From contig CBDAOI010000001.1 in the NCBI GenBank assembly GCA_965198005.1, positions 1 through 64,000 on the forward strand: a stretch of 64,000 bases of DNA. The letters are read 5' to 3'. Shown piece by piece: positions 19,887 through 30,894 of this stretch. The notes under the pieces are model-generated. The model saw only the letters and a list, made by a program, of their open reading frames with translations. It did not search any database and was not told the origin of the DNA. The stretch is from Spirochaetia bacterium (lineage in GTDB: Bacteria > Spirochaetota > Spirochaetia > SZUA-6 > Bin103). The number at the start of each line of letters is the position of its first letter. Positions within the stretch are counted from its first letter, which is position 1. The position numbers were made by a program, and so were the translations under genes.

Positions 19887-21245
19887 GAGCCGGGTGGCGG
19901 ACCGCGCGGTGTCAGCGGTGTCAGCGGTGGTAGGAAACGGCTTTGACGGGCATTTTGCGGGATTCCGGGGGGTACCCTGGGTATCTCCCTGGGTTTGGAA
20001 GGCCGTCAGGGGGCCGCTATGAGGCCGACGCGGACGCCGCCGAGCGGCCGGCTGCCGGCCAATCGGCGGTGAATGCCGGCCCTGAACGGGTCCGAGTGCC
20101 GGGATCGTCGGCGTAGCGGCGCGCATGCTGGCGCGCGGGCGGCGACTCGACCGGCAGCCGCGCGGCAGGCAGCCGGCTTGGAACAGCAGCCCGACGACCG
20201 CACGCGGCGGGGCCTTCGATTGCTGGTCCAGGTGGGAGCCGGGGTGGCGGACCGCGCGGCGTCAGCGGTGTCGGCGGTGGTGGGAAACGGCTTTGACGGG
20301 CACGTTGCGGGATTCCGGGGGGTACCCTGGGGTATCTCCCTGGGTTTGGAAGGCCGTCAGGGGGCCGCTATGAGGCCGACTCGGACGCCGAGCGGCCCGC
20401 TGCCGGCCAATCGGCGGTGAATGCCGGCCCTGAACGGGTCCGAGTGCCGGGATCGTCGGCGTAGCGGCGCGCATGCTGGCGCGCCGGCGGCGAACTCGAC
20501 CGGCAGCGGTGCAGGCAGAGGCAGCCGGCTTGGAACAGCAACCCGACGACCGCACGCGGCGGGGCCTTCGATTGCTGGTCCAGGTGGGAGCCGGGGTGGC
20601 GGACCGCGCGGCGTCAGCGGTGTCAGCGGTGGTGGGAAACGGCTTTGACGGGCACTTTGCGGGATTCCGGGGGGTGCCCTGGGGTATCTCCCTGGGTTTG
20701 GAAGGCCGTCAGGGGGCCGCCATGAGGCCGACTCGGACGCCGAGCGGCCCGCCGCCGGCCAATCGGTGGTGAATGCCGGCCCTGAACGGGTCCGAGTGCC
20801 GAGATCGTCGCCGCGGCGGCGCTCGTGCTGCCGCTCCTGTCCGAGCAGCCTCGAGCGCCGCGATGGCCGCAGCAACGGCCCCTCCCCCCGCGTGCGGCGA
20901 CTGACGGAGCAGCGGCTCGACGTTCAAGGAGGTCTGCCGTCGTTAGCTGTCCTGGAGGTGGCTGCGACCCGACCAAGCTGGGCTGCGGGCGGTGGCGGCG
21001 CGGTCAATACGGAGCCAGCGGTGCCGGGAATCGGCGTTGACGGGGGTAGCCGGGGGTACCCCAGGCTACCCCCGAGGGGCTGGAAGGCCCTCAGGGGGCC
21101 GCTATGAGGCCGCGAGCGGTCCGTTGCCGGCCAATCGGCGGTGAATGCCGGCCCTGAACGGGTCCGAGTGCCGGGATCGTCGGCGTAGCGGCGCGCATGC
21201 TGGCGCGCGGGCGGCGAACTCGACCGGCAGCCGCGCGGCAGGCAG
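19887..21245. repeat. Tandem array of ~350-bp units (3 close copies plus 1 diverged)
   Basis: Marker GTGAATGCCGGCCCTGAACGGGTCCGAGTGCC at 20069, 20417, 20769 and 21141. Confidence 0.92.
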
Positions 21246-21832
21246 CACCGGATATTCGAGTTGGTGGACGGTCCGTATCAGCAGGTGCGGGCTGGGTTCG
21301 GGTCGCGCCGGGAGTTCTGGGGCGCGGTGCGTGCCACGTTCCGGCTATTCCTGTTCCCGTCGTGGGACCAAGTGCTGGTGCGGATGAACTCGCCGCCGCA
21401 GCCGCTGTCCGGGTAGCCGCTCCCTGGAGAACTGAACCTGCTCCCTGAACGATCCCTGACTGGGGCTGCGGCGCAGGTGTGCCGGCGGCGCGCGGGCAAC
21501 CGGCCCCGAAGGGCCGATCGCCGCACCGCGCCAGCCCGCGGCATCGGCCGAGCGGCGGTGGCTGACGGTGGTCAGGTCATCGCACGGGGCTGCATGACGG
21601 TGGCTAACTACTTCACCTGCAATCAGTTACAGAAGTTCGGCCGGGTCGGGCCGGGTCGGGCCGTCCGGTGCATGCCTTTCACGGGAGGAATGGGTATTAT
21701 TGGGCCGTGCGTTCACGCGGTGGGCCAACAGGTGGGGCATGGTCGCATTTCACATACGGAGGGCTTGAGCTTATGACACTCTGCCCCTCTACCAGCCGTT
21801 CACCGAGAATTGCTGAACGCGGTGGGTCGCGC

Positions 21833-21862
21833 TTGACACGGATTTGGGCCGGCCTCTACACT
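21833..21862 (+). promoter_or_regulatory. Putative sigma70 promoter of ABC cluster 2
   Basis: TTGACA-N18-TACACT. Confidence 0.55.
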
Positions 21863-22197
21863 CGTCCGCGAATGGGCACCGACAGCATCCAGCCCAGCCG
21901 CCGACTACCGACTACCGCTAGCCGCGCAGCAGCCGACCTCGCGGCGCCGGTGCTGACGGCGGCACCATTGATGCGTGTGGCGCACAGCCGCCACGCATCT
22001 GTGCGTCCAACGGCCGACCGCGTCGGCCGCAAACTCCACCGGTCCACACCAGCCGGCGTTGCCGGCACCTCTATACAGACAACCGACACATCTGTGCCCG
22101 ACCACAGTTGTCGACGACAGATGCGCGCTAGCCGCGGCACCGGCTGGTCCGATGGCCGAGCCACCGTCCTGTCAAGCTCCCCAAATAGCTCAAGAAA

Positions 22198-22362
22198 GGG
22201 GGTGCAAATGATACTCAAAGAGCCGTAGGCGCGCGCGGCGTGAGCCCGGGTGAACCCGGTGAGTCACACGCCGCGCGCTTCTGACAACTTGACTCAGACT
22301 GGCAGCCTGCGTTGCAGGCGTGAGAGTAGCCAGGGAGCGGCAGTCCGCTCCGCACTACTCCA
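22198..22362 (+). ncRNA. Leader copy B: uORF MILKEP-TAG-ARAA-TGA (22208-22243) plus structured RNA
   Basis: Homologous to 4928-5083; TGAGTCA/TGACTCA and GAGTAG/CTACTC pairings. Confidence 0.72.
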
Positions 22363-22387
22363 AAAAACCTGATTAATGGAGAAAACC

Positions 22388-24220
22388 ATGAATGTTATCG
22401 TAAGCATTACAAGGGCCTTCGCGGTTGCGTTGGTCCTTGTCCTGACCGCAACCGGCCTGTGGGCCGGTGGCGCAGAAGAGGCACCGGCAGCCGCCGCCGA
22501 GAAGGAAATGGTGCTCGACCCGACCACCGGCGAGATGGTGGAGGCCCCACGATATGGCGGGACAATAACCGCTCTCAGTAGAGATTGGGGTCCAGCGACT
22601 TTTGACCAATATCTTTCGGCCCCTCAGTTGGGTGCTTTTACCCACGGTACTTTAGAGAAGCTAGGCCTCGGCGACTGGGGAGTAGATAGGAACGTATGGC
22701 AATGGAACCTTGCTGGTGCAGTGTATCCGGAAGATCTCGTGATAGGGGCGCTGGCGGAAAGCTGGGATATTTCCTCGGACAACCTCACCTATACCTTCCA
22801 CATCCGCCAGGGCGTTCACTTCCACGATAAGCCACCGGTGAACGGACGGGAGATGACTGCCGAGGATGTAGAATATAGCTTTCACCGCATGTTGGGAAAT
22901 AGACTGACAGGGACCGAGTTCAGTGGAACCGAACCCTCCCCCCACATCGGTCATTGGAGAGCTCTTCCGGTCGACTCGATAACGGCAACGGACACATGGA
23001 CGGTTGTTATCAAGCTGACACAGCCAGACCCCCGTGCGCTTACGCTCATGACCGACGCGACGACCATGTACATTGTTCCAAGGGAGGTAATCGACACACA
23101 CGGTGACATGAAGGATTGGAGGAACTTTATCGGCACCGGACCCTGGATGATGGATGAGTATGTCGAGAGCAGCTCGGTAACCTATACCAGGAATCCTAAC
23201 TACTGGGGCTTCGACGAGAAATTTCCGCAGAACCGCCTGCCCTATGCTGACGGATTCAGGTGGCTGATTATGCAGGACCAGGCAACAATGACCGCGGCCT
23301 TTCGCACGGGTAGGGTCGATTTCCAGGGCGGACGCAGTAGCGCCGTGCTAAAAAGCTTGGACGATGAGAATAACCTGCGACGGACCAACCCTGAACTCGT
23401 GATAACTCGGCATGTTAACCGGTCGGACTATGGGATGGGCATGAACATGCAGAGGCCGCCCTTTGATGACATCCGGGTGCGCAAGGCAATGCAGATGGCA
23501 CTGGACCGTGAGACACTTCACAACACCTACTTCAAAGGGTGGGGAAGCCCGACACCTCAATCATTGCTAGCCAGCGATCTCCCAGGGGTTGGCACCCCAT
23601 TTGAAGAGTGGCCCGAAGAGATCAAGAAGATCTATGAGTACAACCCGACGGAGGCCGAGAGGCTCCTTGATGAGGCGGGGTATACGCGCGGGGCCGACGG
23701 CATCAGGTTCAAGCTCACAATGGCACATTACGAGCTCACCGATCTGGACTATGCGGAATTAGTAAGCAAGACATACTTCCGTGACATTGGCGTTGAAGTA
23801 GAGGTTATTCCAGTTGCAGGTGCGGACTGGGCAGCTACGGTTACTGCTGCAGAGTGGGACTTTTTTGGCGGTATGACAATGGCGGGGAGATATCAGGATC
23901 CCTCGGGTTTTTTGGGTCAGCACACCAGTGCTTCTTCTCTCAATCGCTGCCAGTGCGCCGATCCGGTTTATGACGCCCTTTTTGAAGAGGCCAGCAAGGC
24001 AAGCACGCGAGCGGAGATTCTGCCGCTGTATAAAAAGCTGAATGACCGATTAAGAGATCAGGTGTATTTCGTATGGGGTCAGGAAACGCCACTCTACTCG
24101 GTGCAGCAGCCGTGGATCAAAGGTCGCAACGGCGAATATGTTCTGGGATCTAACGTGGAGTCCGTCATCATGGCCCGCCTCTGGGTCGACCAGGAGTTGA
24201 AGGAAGCGATGGGTTATTAG
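22388..24220 (+). CDS. ABC substrate-binding protein, family 5 (alternative start 22376)
   Basis: Signal peptide and family-5 motifs as for 5109. Confidence 0.93.
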   Translation: MNVIVSITRAFAVALVLVLTATGLWAGGAEEAPAAAAEKEMVLDPTTGEMVEAPRYGGTITALSRDWGPATFDQYLSAPQLGAFTHGTLEKLGLGDWGVDRNVWQWNLAGAVYPEDLVIGALAESWDISSDNLTYTFHIRQGVHFHDKPPVNGREMTAEDVEYSFHRMLGNRLTGTEFSGTEPSPHIGHWRALPVDSITATDTWTVVIKLTQPDPRALTLMTDATTMYIVPREVIDTHGDMKDWRNFIGTGPWMMDEYVESSSVTYTRNPNYWGFDEKFPQNRLPYADGFRWLIMQDQATMTAAFRTGRVDFQGGRSSAVLKSLDDENNLRRTNPELVITRHVNRSDYGMGMNMQRPPFDDIRVRKAMQMALDRETLHNTYFKGWGSPTPQSLLASDLPGVGTPFEEWPEEIKKIYEYNPTEAERLLDEAGYTRGADGIRFKLTMAHYELTDLDYAELVSKTYFRDIGVEVEVIPVAGADWAATVTAAEWDFFGGMTMAGRYQDPSGFLGQHTSASSLNRCQCADPVYDALFEEASKASTRAEILPLYKKLNDRLRDQVYFVWGQETPLYSVQQPWIKGRNGEYVLGSNVESVIMARLWVDQELKEAMGY

Positions 24221-24312
24221 TTGGGAAATGAGCTGGGAGGCTGTCGCTTGCAAGCGCGCCTCCCAGCTCCCATATCCCGCTTTCGCCGGAAAAGTGGAAT
24301 GAGGCGTGCCGC

Positions 24313-25323
24313 ATGAGAGCCTATATCATCAGGAGATTGTTGCTCTTGATCCCCACCTTGTGGATAGTGAGCATCCTGGTCTTTCTCTCGGTCCGCTTAA
24401 TCCCCGGCGATGCGGTAGACGTACTCGTGTTCAGGATGGCGACCTATGGTGAGCCCCTCGAGGGCTTTGACCGTGAAGCTATTACGCGTTTTCTGGGATT
24501 GGACGTGCCCGTGTACGTGCAGTATGGACGCTGGATAGGCGTGTTGCCGACCCCTCACTGGGTTACCGGTGAGTCCCACTTTAGAGGTCTCCTGCAGGGC
24601 ACCTTTGGCGAAACACTGGGAGGCGGCGCTGATACGATAGAGGCGAGGATACTAGCTAGATTGCCGCTGACTTTTCAGCTCGGTGTTCTGTCAATCGTAA
24701 TCGGGCTGGTGATAGCGCTGCCGGTCGGCATCTACTCGGCGACTCGTCAAGATACGGCCGTTGACTACGCTGGGCGCGGCATCGCCATCATCGGCCTGGC
24801 AACGCCTAACTTCTGGCTGGCCCTGATGGTCGTGATCTACCCCACCATCTGGTGGGGCTGGTCGCCACCGGCGGAGTGGGTTCCTTTCACGGAAGACCCG
24901 CTGGGGAATCTCGGAGTGCTCATCATTCCCAGCCTGGTTCTGGGCACGGCCGCGGCTGCAGGCACCATGCGGTTGACGCGCACCATGATGCTGGGGGTGC
25001 TCAGGCAAGACTATATCAGAACTGCCTGGTCGAAGGGTCTCAAGGAGAGGGTCGTCGTTCTGAGACACGCCACAAAGAATGCCCTCATCCCGGTGGTTAC
25101 GTTGACGGGCGGGCAGTTGCCGCTGCTGGTAGCTGGCTCCGTTATCATGGAGAACATATTCAACCTGCCGGGGTTAGGCCGTCTCTTTCTGGTTGCACTC
25201 ACTGAAAGAGACTACACGACGGTCTCCGCAGCGAACCTGGTTTTCGCCACCGCGGTTATGTTGGCGAATCTAATCATCGACCTGATGTATCCCTATCTTG
25301 ACCCGAGGGTCCGTTATGAGTGA
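24313..25323 (+). CDS. ABC permease OppB/DppB-like
   Basis: Full length, EAA motif. Confidence 0.93.
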   Translation: MRAYIIRRLLLLIPTLWIVSILVFLSVRLIPGDAVDVLVFRMATYGEPLEGFDREAITRFLGLDVPVYVQYGRWIGVLPTPHWVTGESHFRGLLQGTFGETLGGGADTIEARILARLPLTFQLGVLSIVIGLVIALPVGIYSATRQDTAVDYAGRGIAIIGLATPNFWLALMVVIYPTIWWGWSPPAEWVPFTEDPLGNLGVLIIPSLVLGTAAAAGTMRLTRTMMLGVLRQDYIRTAWSKGLKERVVVLRHATKNALIPVVTLTGGQLPLLVAGSVIMENIFNLPGLGRLFLVALTERDYTTVSAANLVFATAVMLANLIIDLMYPYLDPRVRYE

Positions 25324-26224
25324 CGCCACAGAGATATCAACATCAGTAATTGCGCCGAAGCGACGCTCTCCGCTGGCTGATTTCTTTACCAGGCTGTGGA
25401 GGGAGAAGCCACTGGGTGCGATCAGCGGGATTATCATATTGCTGTTGATTCTCATGGCTATCTTTGCCGATGTTGTGAGTCCTTATCCATATGATGAGGC
25501 AAACATCTCCGAAATGATGAAGGGGCCATCAGCCCAGTATCTTCTCGGTACCGACCAACTGGGGCGAGACTTCTTGAGCCGCCTTATCTACGGGGCTCGT
25601 GTTTCGTTGCTCGTGGGTCTGGCAACGACCGCTCTTAGTGTCGTGATCAGCGCCCTGATAGGCGGCACTTCGGGGTTCCTTGGTGGCAAATTGGACCTAG
25701 GTGTCCAGAGATTTGTCGACGCCTGGCTATCTTTTCCGGGGTTGATTCTGTTGTTGACGGTGATTTCCATCGTTGGGCGGGGTGTGCCACAGATGATACT
25801 GGTGCTGGGGATATCAGGAGGCATCGGCGGTTCGAGAGTGTTGAGAAGCGCCGTTATTGACATCAAAGAGAATGTGTATTTTGAGGCAGCAGAGGCGATT
25901 GGCAGATCAAAATGGAAAGCATTTATGCGACATGTCGTCCCCAATATTATGCCTGTCATGATTATCGGATTCAGCATAAGCGTAGGAGGCGTAATCCTGA
26001 GTATTGCTTCTCTGAGCTTCCTCGGATTCGGTCTGCCACTCGCGACTCCTGAGTGGGGAGCTCTGCTCAGCCGGGAAGGGCGCAAATTCATGGAGACGGC
26101 CCCGCGGCTGGCTCTCTGGCCCGGTCTTGCCCTGACTGTTACCGTTTACTGTCTCAACATGTTCGGTGATGCGGTGAGGGACCTGCTCGACCCGAGGCTG
26201 CGGAGCAGCGGACGGAGGGCTTGA
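25316..26224 (+). CDS. ABC permease OppC/DppC-like
   Basis: Full length, GTDQLGRD, overlaps the upstream stop. Confidence 0.93.
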   Translation: MSDATEISTSVIAPKRRSPLADFFTRLWREKPLGAISGIIILLLILMAIFADVVSPYPYDEANISEMMKGPSAQYLLGTDQLGRDFLSRLIYGARVSLLVGLATTALSVVISALIGGTSGFLGGKLDLGVQRFVDAWLSFPGLILLLTVISIVGRGVPQMILVLGISGGIGGSRVLRSAVIDIKENVYFEAAEAIGRSKWKAFMRHVVPNIMPVMIIGFSISVGGVILSIASLSFLGFGLPLATPEWGALLSREGRKFMETAPRLALWPGLALTVTVYCLNMFGDAVRDLLDPRLRSSGRRA

Positions 26225-26228
26225 GCTT

Positions 26229-27977
26229 ATGACACTCTGCCCCTCTACCAGCCGTTCACCGAGAATTGCTGGCGTTTTCGCCCTCATCGGGGCGGTGATC
26301 CTGCAGGCAGTGTGTGCCACGGTGCATGCGGAGAGCCCCCAGGGTTCCGTCACTGTCGAGTCTCAACCCCTGAATCCGGACACGCGTCCGTGTATCGACG
26401 CCTTCGAGTCCCATCGTCTGCCGCATGTCACCCAGGGGACTGCCGCCGGCGTTGGCCTTTTTTTCGGCAACGGCTCCGGCGTGGCCCTGGCCGATCTCGA
26501 CGCCGACGGCCTCATCGATATCGTCCTGCCGGGGCTGCATGCGCCCACCACCCTGCTCTGGAACGAGGGAGGGTTGCTGTTTCGGAGCGAGACGCTGGAC
26601 TCGACGCTCGCACGCGCGGTCAACGCGGTTGATGTGGATGGCGATGGCCGGATGGACTTGGTGTTTACGCACTTGCTCGGGGTGCCCACGTTCTGGAGGG
26701 GCAGCGCCGGCCCTAACGGTCCTCGGTTCACACGCGTTGCCGAGGAGCAATTCCATGGCAGCTTCAAAGCCTATGCAATCGCCTGGGCCGACTTGGACGA
26801 TGACAGCGACCTCGATATGGTCGGGGCCTCCTACGAATCTTCAGTTAGTACCCTCGCGTTGGCACGCGCGGTTTTCCGGGGGGAGAGCGAAGAGGAACTG
26901 GTGAACAGATTAGGCTCCGATTTGGGAGGCGGGGTGTTCTTGTTGACCAACGACGGCGGTGCCCTCACCCCCTTGCGCCTTACCGCCAAGGCGACCGCCC
27001 TGGCGCTGATTCTGACTGATGTCGATGGCGATGGCCGTCGCGACATCCTGGTCGGCAACGACTTCCACCCGGCCGATGCGGTGTTCCTCAATAAGCCCGA
27101 AGGCTGGATCGACGCTGCCCCGTTCACCTCAACAACGACCAACACGATGAGCTTTGCAGAGGGTGATGTCGATAACGATGGGATTCCGGAGCTGCTGGCC
27201 ACCGACATGAAACCCTATTCTCAGGACGAATCAGTGGACAATGCCTGGGGCCCAGTGCTGGACATGGTCGGGGATATGGATCCAAAGGATGGGGTCCAGA
27301 TTGCCCGCAATGTCTTGCAGACCCGAACGGCGGCAGGCGCAGGATTCGTAGAACGAGCTGAGGCAGCCGGGGTCGATGCCACTGGCTGGAGTTGGTCAGC
27401 GCAGTTCGGGGACCTGGACAATGACGGATTCCTCGACCTCTACGTCGTCAATGGCATGATTGCTTCTGGACTCTTCGGGCACTTGGCCGGAGACGAACTG
27501 AGGGAAGAAAACCAGGCCCTGCGCAACGATGGCACCGGCCGGTTTGTGCAGGTCCCGGAATGGGGACTGGGCGCCACCGAGAGCGGTCGGGGCATGGCGA
27601 TGGCGGACCTGGACAACGATGGGGATTTGGACGTTGTGGTGAACAACCTTGCGAAACCGGCCATGCTGTTCGAGAATCGGCTCTGTGGGGGGACCGCGCT
27701 GGAAGTGGAACTGCACTGGGAAGGCTCCCCGAATCGCCGCGCAATCGGCGCCCAATTGCGTCTGCACACCCAAGACGGGACGTTGCATCGCGAGATGCGC
27801 GCCAGCAGCGGTTATCTCTCCAGTGACCCGGCTCGTGTCCACTTTGGGCTTGGCCAACTGACCGGTGAGGCCGGTGAGGCCCCCTATCATCTCGAAGTGA
27901 CCTGGCCCGACGGCCGGATATCCCGCATCGACCGACCCTCCCTGGGGACCCTAATCACCGTGCAGCGTGTGCCGTGA
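26229..27977 (+). CDS. CRTAC1-like FG-GAP repeat / ASPIC-UnbV protein
   Basis: Repeated D.D.DG..D motifs, WSW...FGDLDNDG, AIGA, GYLS....VHFGLG; signal peptide. Confidence 0.9.
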   Translation: MTLCPSTSRSPRIAGVFALIGAVILQAVCATVHAESPQGSVTVESQPLNPDTRPCIDAFESHRLPHVTQGTAAGVGLFFGNGSGVALADLDADGLIDIVLPGLHAPTTLLWNEGGLLFRSETLDSTLARAVNAVDVDGDGRMDLVFTHLLGVPTFWRGSAGPNGPRFTRVAEEQFHGSFKAYAIAWADLDDDSDLDMVGASYESSVSTLALARAVFRGESEEELVNRLGSDLGGGVFLLTNDGGALTPLRLTAKATALALILTDVDGDGRRDILVGNDFHPADAVFLNKPEGWIDAAPFTSTTTNTMSFAEGDVDNDGIPELLATDMKPYSQDESVDNAWGPVLDMVGDMDPKDGVQIARNVLQTRTAAGAGFVERAEAAGVDATGWSWSAQFGDLDNDGFLDLYVVNGMIASGLFGHLAGDELREENQALRNDGTGRFVQVPEWGLGATESGRGMAMADLDNDGDLDVVVNNLAKPAMLFENRLCGGTALEVELHWEGSPNRRAIGAQLRLHTQDGTLHREMRASSGYLSSDPARVHFGLGQLTGEAGEAPYHLEVTWPDGRISRIDRPSLGTLITVQRVP

Positions 27978-28037
27978 GCTGCCCTAGCTGCCCTGACTGG
28001 CCCTAACTGCCCTGACAAACCGACCAGGATTAGCTCT

Positions 28038-28161
28038 AGGAGCGTGTCGGAGAACCCCCACCCACGCTGAGCCATTGAGTGGCGTCATTGTCGGTGGTAG
28101 CGTGGGGTGTGAGCACAGCGACGTTCCGAGAGAGCCGGATCAGGATTTCCTTCTGCCGCCG
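28038..28161 (+). mobile_element. IS1182-like left end and transposase stub
   Basis: PDQDFLLPP N-terminal motif behind a GAGCGTGTCGGAGAAC end-like sequence. Confidence 0.45.
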
Positions 28162-28194
28162 AGACAACGGCACTATCGAGAGCGCCGCAATCTA

Positions 28195-29726
28195 GGGATA
28201 TATTTAACTTCGCATTCTGGGACCGACCGCAGGAGACCACTAGAGGGAATCTGGCTGAAAGCTGGTCAATGCCCGACGATACAACTATCATCTTCCAGAT
28301 CCGCCAGGGCGTTCACTTCGCTCTTGATCCAGACAGTGAGGCCAGCCGCCTGGTAGGTGGTCGGGAGCTCGATGCTGATGACATCGAATGGAACTATCAC
28401 CGTATGTTGGGTCTGGGCGATTTCACCGCAGACGAACCTCCCGCCCAAAGGGGTGCTGCCACTATGGGGCTAGAGATCGAATCGGTAACGGCCACCGACA
28501 AATGGACGGTTGAGATCAAGCTGACGAAGCCTCAACTCGATGCGGAGTATAAAATATTGAACAACTGGGGCTTGTTCGCGTTGCCTCGCGAGGTAGTCGA
28601 GAAATACGGAGACTATAGGGACTGGAGGAACGTGGTCGGCACCGGGCCCCTTATGCTGACTGAATTTGTCGAAGGCGTCTCTGTTACCTGGAAGAAGAAT
28701 CCTGACTACTGGGGCTACGACGAAAAATTCCCGCAGAACCGCCTGCCCTATATTGATGAGTACAGGATGGTGCTGATGAAAGAACCAGCAGCACGCGTGG
28801 CGGCACTGCGCACGGGTCAGATTGATTTGATGGGGGGTGTCGGCGACGCTCAATTAACCTCTATCGACGATCTGATGACCATCCAGCGGAGCAACCCTGA
28901 AATCGATGTGTGGCCCGCTTATGGTATGGGAACTGGAAACTACAATTTTAACTTGGCTTTGCTGCCCACTTCCGACCTCGAGGTGCGCAAGGCACTGAAT
29001 ATGGCAGTGGACCGCAAGACAGTTTCCCTTACCTTGCATCAGGGTTGGGGAGATCCAGAAGCTATTGGGTTAATGCAGCCCGTGGAAGGGTGGAGCTGGC
29101 CCTATGATGAGTGGCCCGAAGACGTCAAGCAAGAATATACCTATAATCCGAAAAGGGCCGAGGAGCTCCTTGATGCGGCTGGATATCCGCGCGGCGCCGA
29201 CGGCTATAGATTCAAGATCATATTAGCCCATTTGGAGAGGGCTGATTTGTCCTACTCAGAACTCGTCATGGGGTACTTCGATGCCATTGGCGTTGACAGC
29301 GAGATTGTTGTGCAGACTTACGCTGAGCATAAGGCTGACTATACTGCGCCCACGCACGGGTTTGCGGCAGTGACTACTAATCATGGGTACGAAAGTGCCG
29401 GCGGGTTTGCCGCACTATCAAGGCAAATCCAAGAGGTTGGTGACTTTAGCTACACCAAAGTGAATGACCCCCGTCTGGTCGCCCTGTATGAACGCGCCAA
29501 AGATTCTCTCGACATGGAGGAGATAAAGAGTATTATTCGACAGACCGATGAGATTTATATAAGGGAGTACTTCGGCCTAGCCAAATCCCGCATTCCGCAG
29601 TTTATCGTGAGCCAACCGTGGGTCATAGGCTATAACGGTGAATGGAATATGGGCAGAAATCAACGTAATACCTACTTGGCCCGCCTGTGGATTGATAGTG
29701 AGCTGAAGGCAGCAATGGGTTATTAG
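28195..29726 (+). pseudogene. Family-5 substrate-binding protein lacking its 5' end
   Basis: Recognisable from RGNLAESW onward; no signal peptide or leader. Confidence 0.85.
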
Positions 29727-29889
29727 GGGTTTCACCCCTTGTGACTGACTTTAGGGAAAAAGGGAGCTGGGAGGATGTCGCCTGCAGGCGCGCTTCCCAG
29801 CTCCCTTACTCATTGAAGAATGAGAGGTCGATAACGAGATTGCCACGCTCCGATAACTCGGGGCTCGCAACGACAGGGAGTAATGTGAC

Positions 29890-30894
29890 GTGAGAGCCTA
29901 TCTCATCAGGCGGCTATTGTTGTTCATCCCCACCTTGTGGATATTGACCATCATAGTCTTTCTCTCGGTCCGCTTCATCCCCGGCGATATGGTAGACACA
30001 CTGGCGGCTGAGCTTGAGGCAATGGGTCTGGGTGTCGAGGTAGGCCGTAAAGCTATGGAGCGTATGCTGGGATTAGACGTGCCCGTGCACGTGCAGTATG
30101 GACGCTGGATAGGAGTGTTGCCGACCCCCGACTTGGTTACCGGTGAGTCCCACTTTAGAGGTCTCCTCCAGGGCACGCTTGGCGAATCAATGTGGGGCGG
30201 TTGGCCGACAGAGAAGAGTCTAATAAGTAGATTGCCAGTAACCATTGAGCTTGGCGTCATGGCAATCGTAATCGGGATCTTGATAGCCCTGCCCGTCGGC
30301 ATCTACTCGGCGATTCGCCAGGATACCGCCGTCGACTACGTGGGGCGCTCCGCGGCCATCATCGGCATGGCAACGCCCAACTTCTGGCTGGCCTTGTTGG
30401 TCCTGCTCTACCCGGTATTGTGGTGGGGCTGGGCGCCATCGCTAGTGTATATCCCTCTTGTCGAAGACCCGCCGGGGAATCTGGGGATGTTCATCATTCC
30501 TGCTGTGATTCTGGGGACAGCTATGTCGGCATCCATCATGCGGATGACGCGCACCATGATGCTGGAGGTGCTCAGGCAGGACTATATCAGGACGGCCTGG
30601 GCAAAGGGTCTCAATGAGAGGGTCGTCGTTGTGAGACACGCCCTCAAGAATGCATTCATCCCGATAGTTACCCTGGTAGGCATGCAGTTGCCCCTCCTGG
30701 TAAGCGGCTCCGTTATCATGGAGGAAATATTTGGCCTGCCGGGGATAGGTCGTATGTTTCTGGATGCCCTCGATCGAAGAGACTACCCGGTGATCCAAGG
30801 TGTAAACCTGTTTTTATCAGCGTTCGTTATGCTTAACATTCTACTTATCGACATGATTTATCCTTTTTTGGACCCCAGGGTCCGCTACAGATAA
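29890..30894 (+). CDS. ABC permease OppB/DppB-like
   Basis: Full length, EAA motif. Confidence 0.93.
   Translation: MRAYLIRRLLLFIPTLWILTIIVFLSVRFIPGDMVDTLAAELEAMGLGVEVGRKAMERMLGLDVPVHVQYGRWIGVLPTPDLVTGESHFRGLLQGTLGESMWGGWPTEKSLISRLPVTIELGVMAIVIGILIALPVGIYSAIRQDTAVDYVGRSAAIIGMATPNFWLALLVLLYPVLWWGWAPSLVYIPLVEDPPGNLGMFIIPAVILGTAMSASIMRMTRTMMLEVLRQDYIRTAWAKGLNERVVVVRHALKNAFIPIVTLVGMQLPLLVSGSVIMEEIFGLPGIGRMFLDALDRRDYPVIQGVNLFLSAFVMLNILLIDMIYPFLDPRVRYR

Noticed and set aside
19887-21245. CRISPR array
   Set aside because: Units are about 350 bp with no unique spacers and no cas genes
22226-22228. Pyrrolysine codon
   Set aside because: No pyl genes or other supported in-frame TAG in the window; TAG ends normal genes here
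27976-28017. Short CTGCCCT stutter; similar CCGACTAC stutters at 8095 and 21901
   Set aside because: Low-complexity repeats with no supported function
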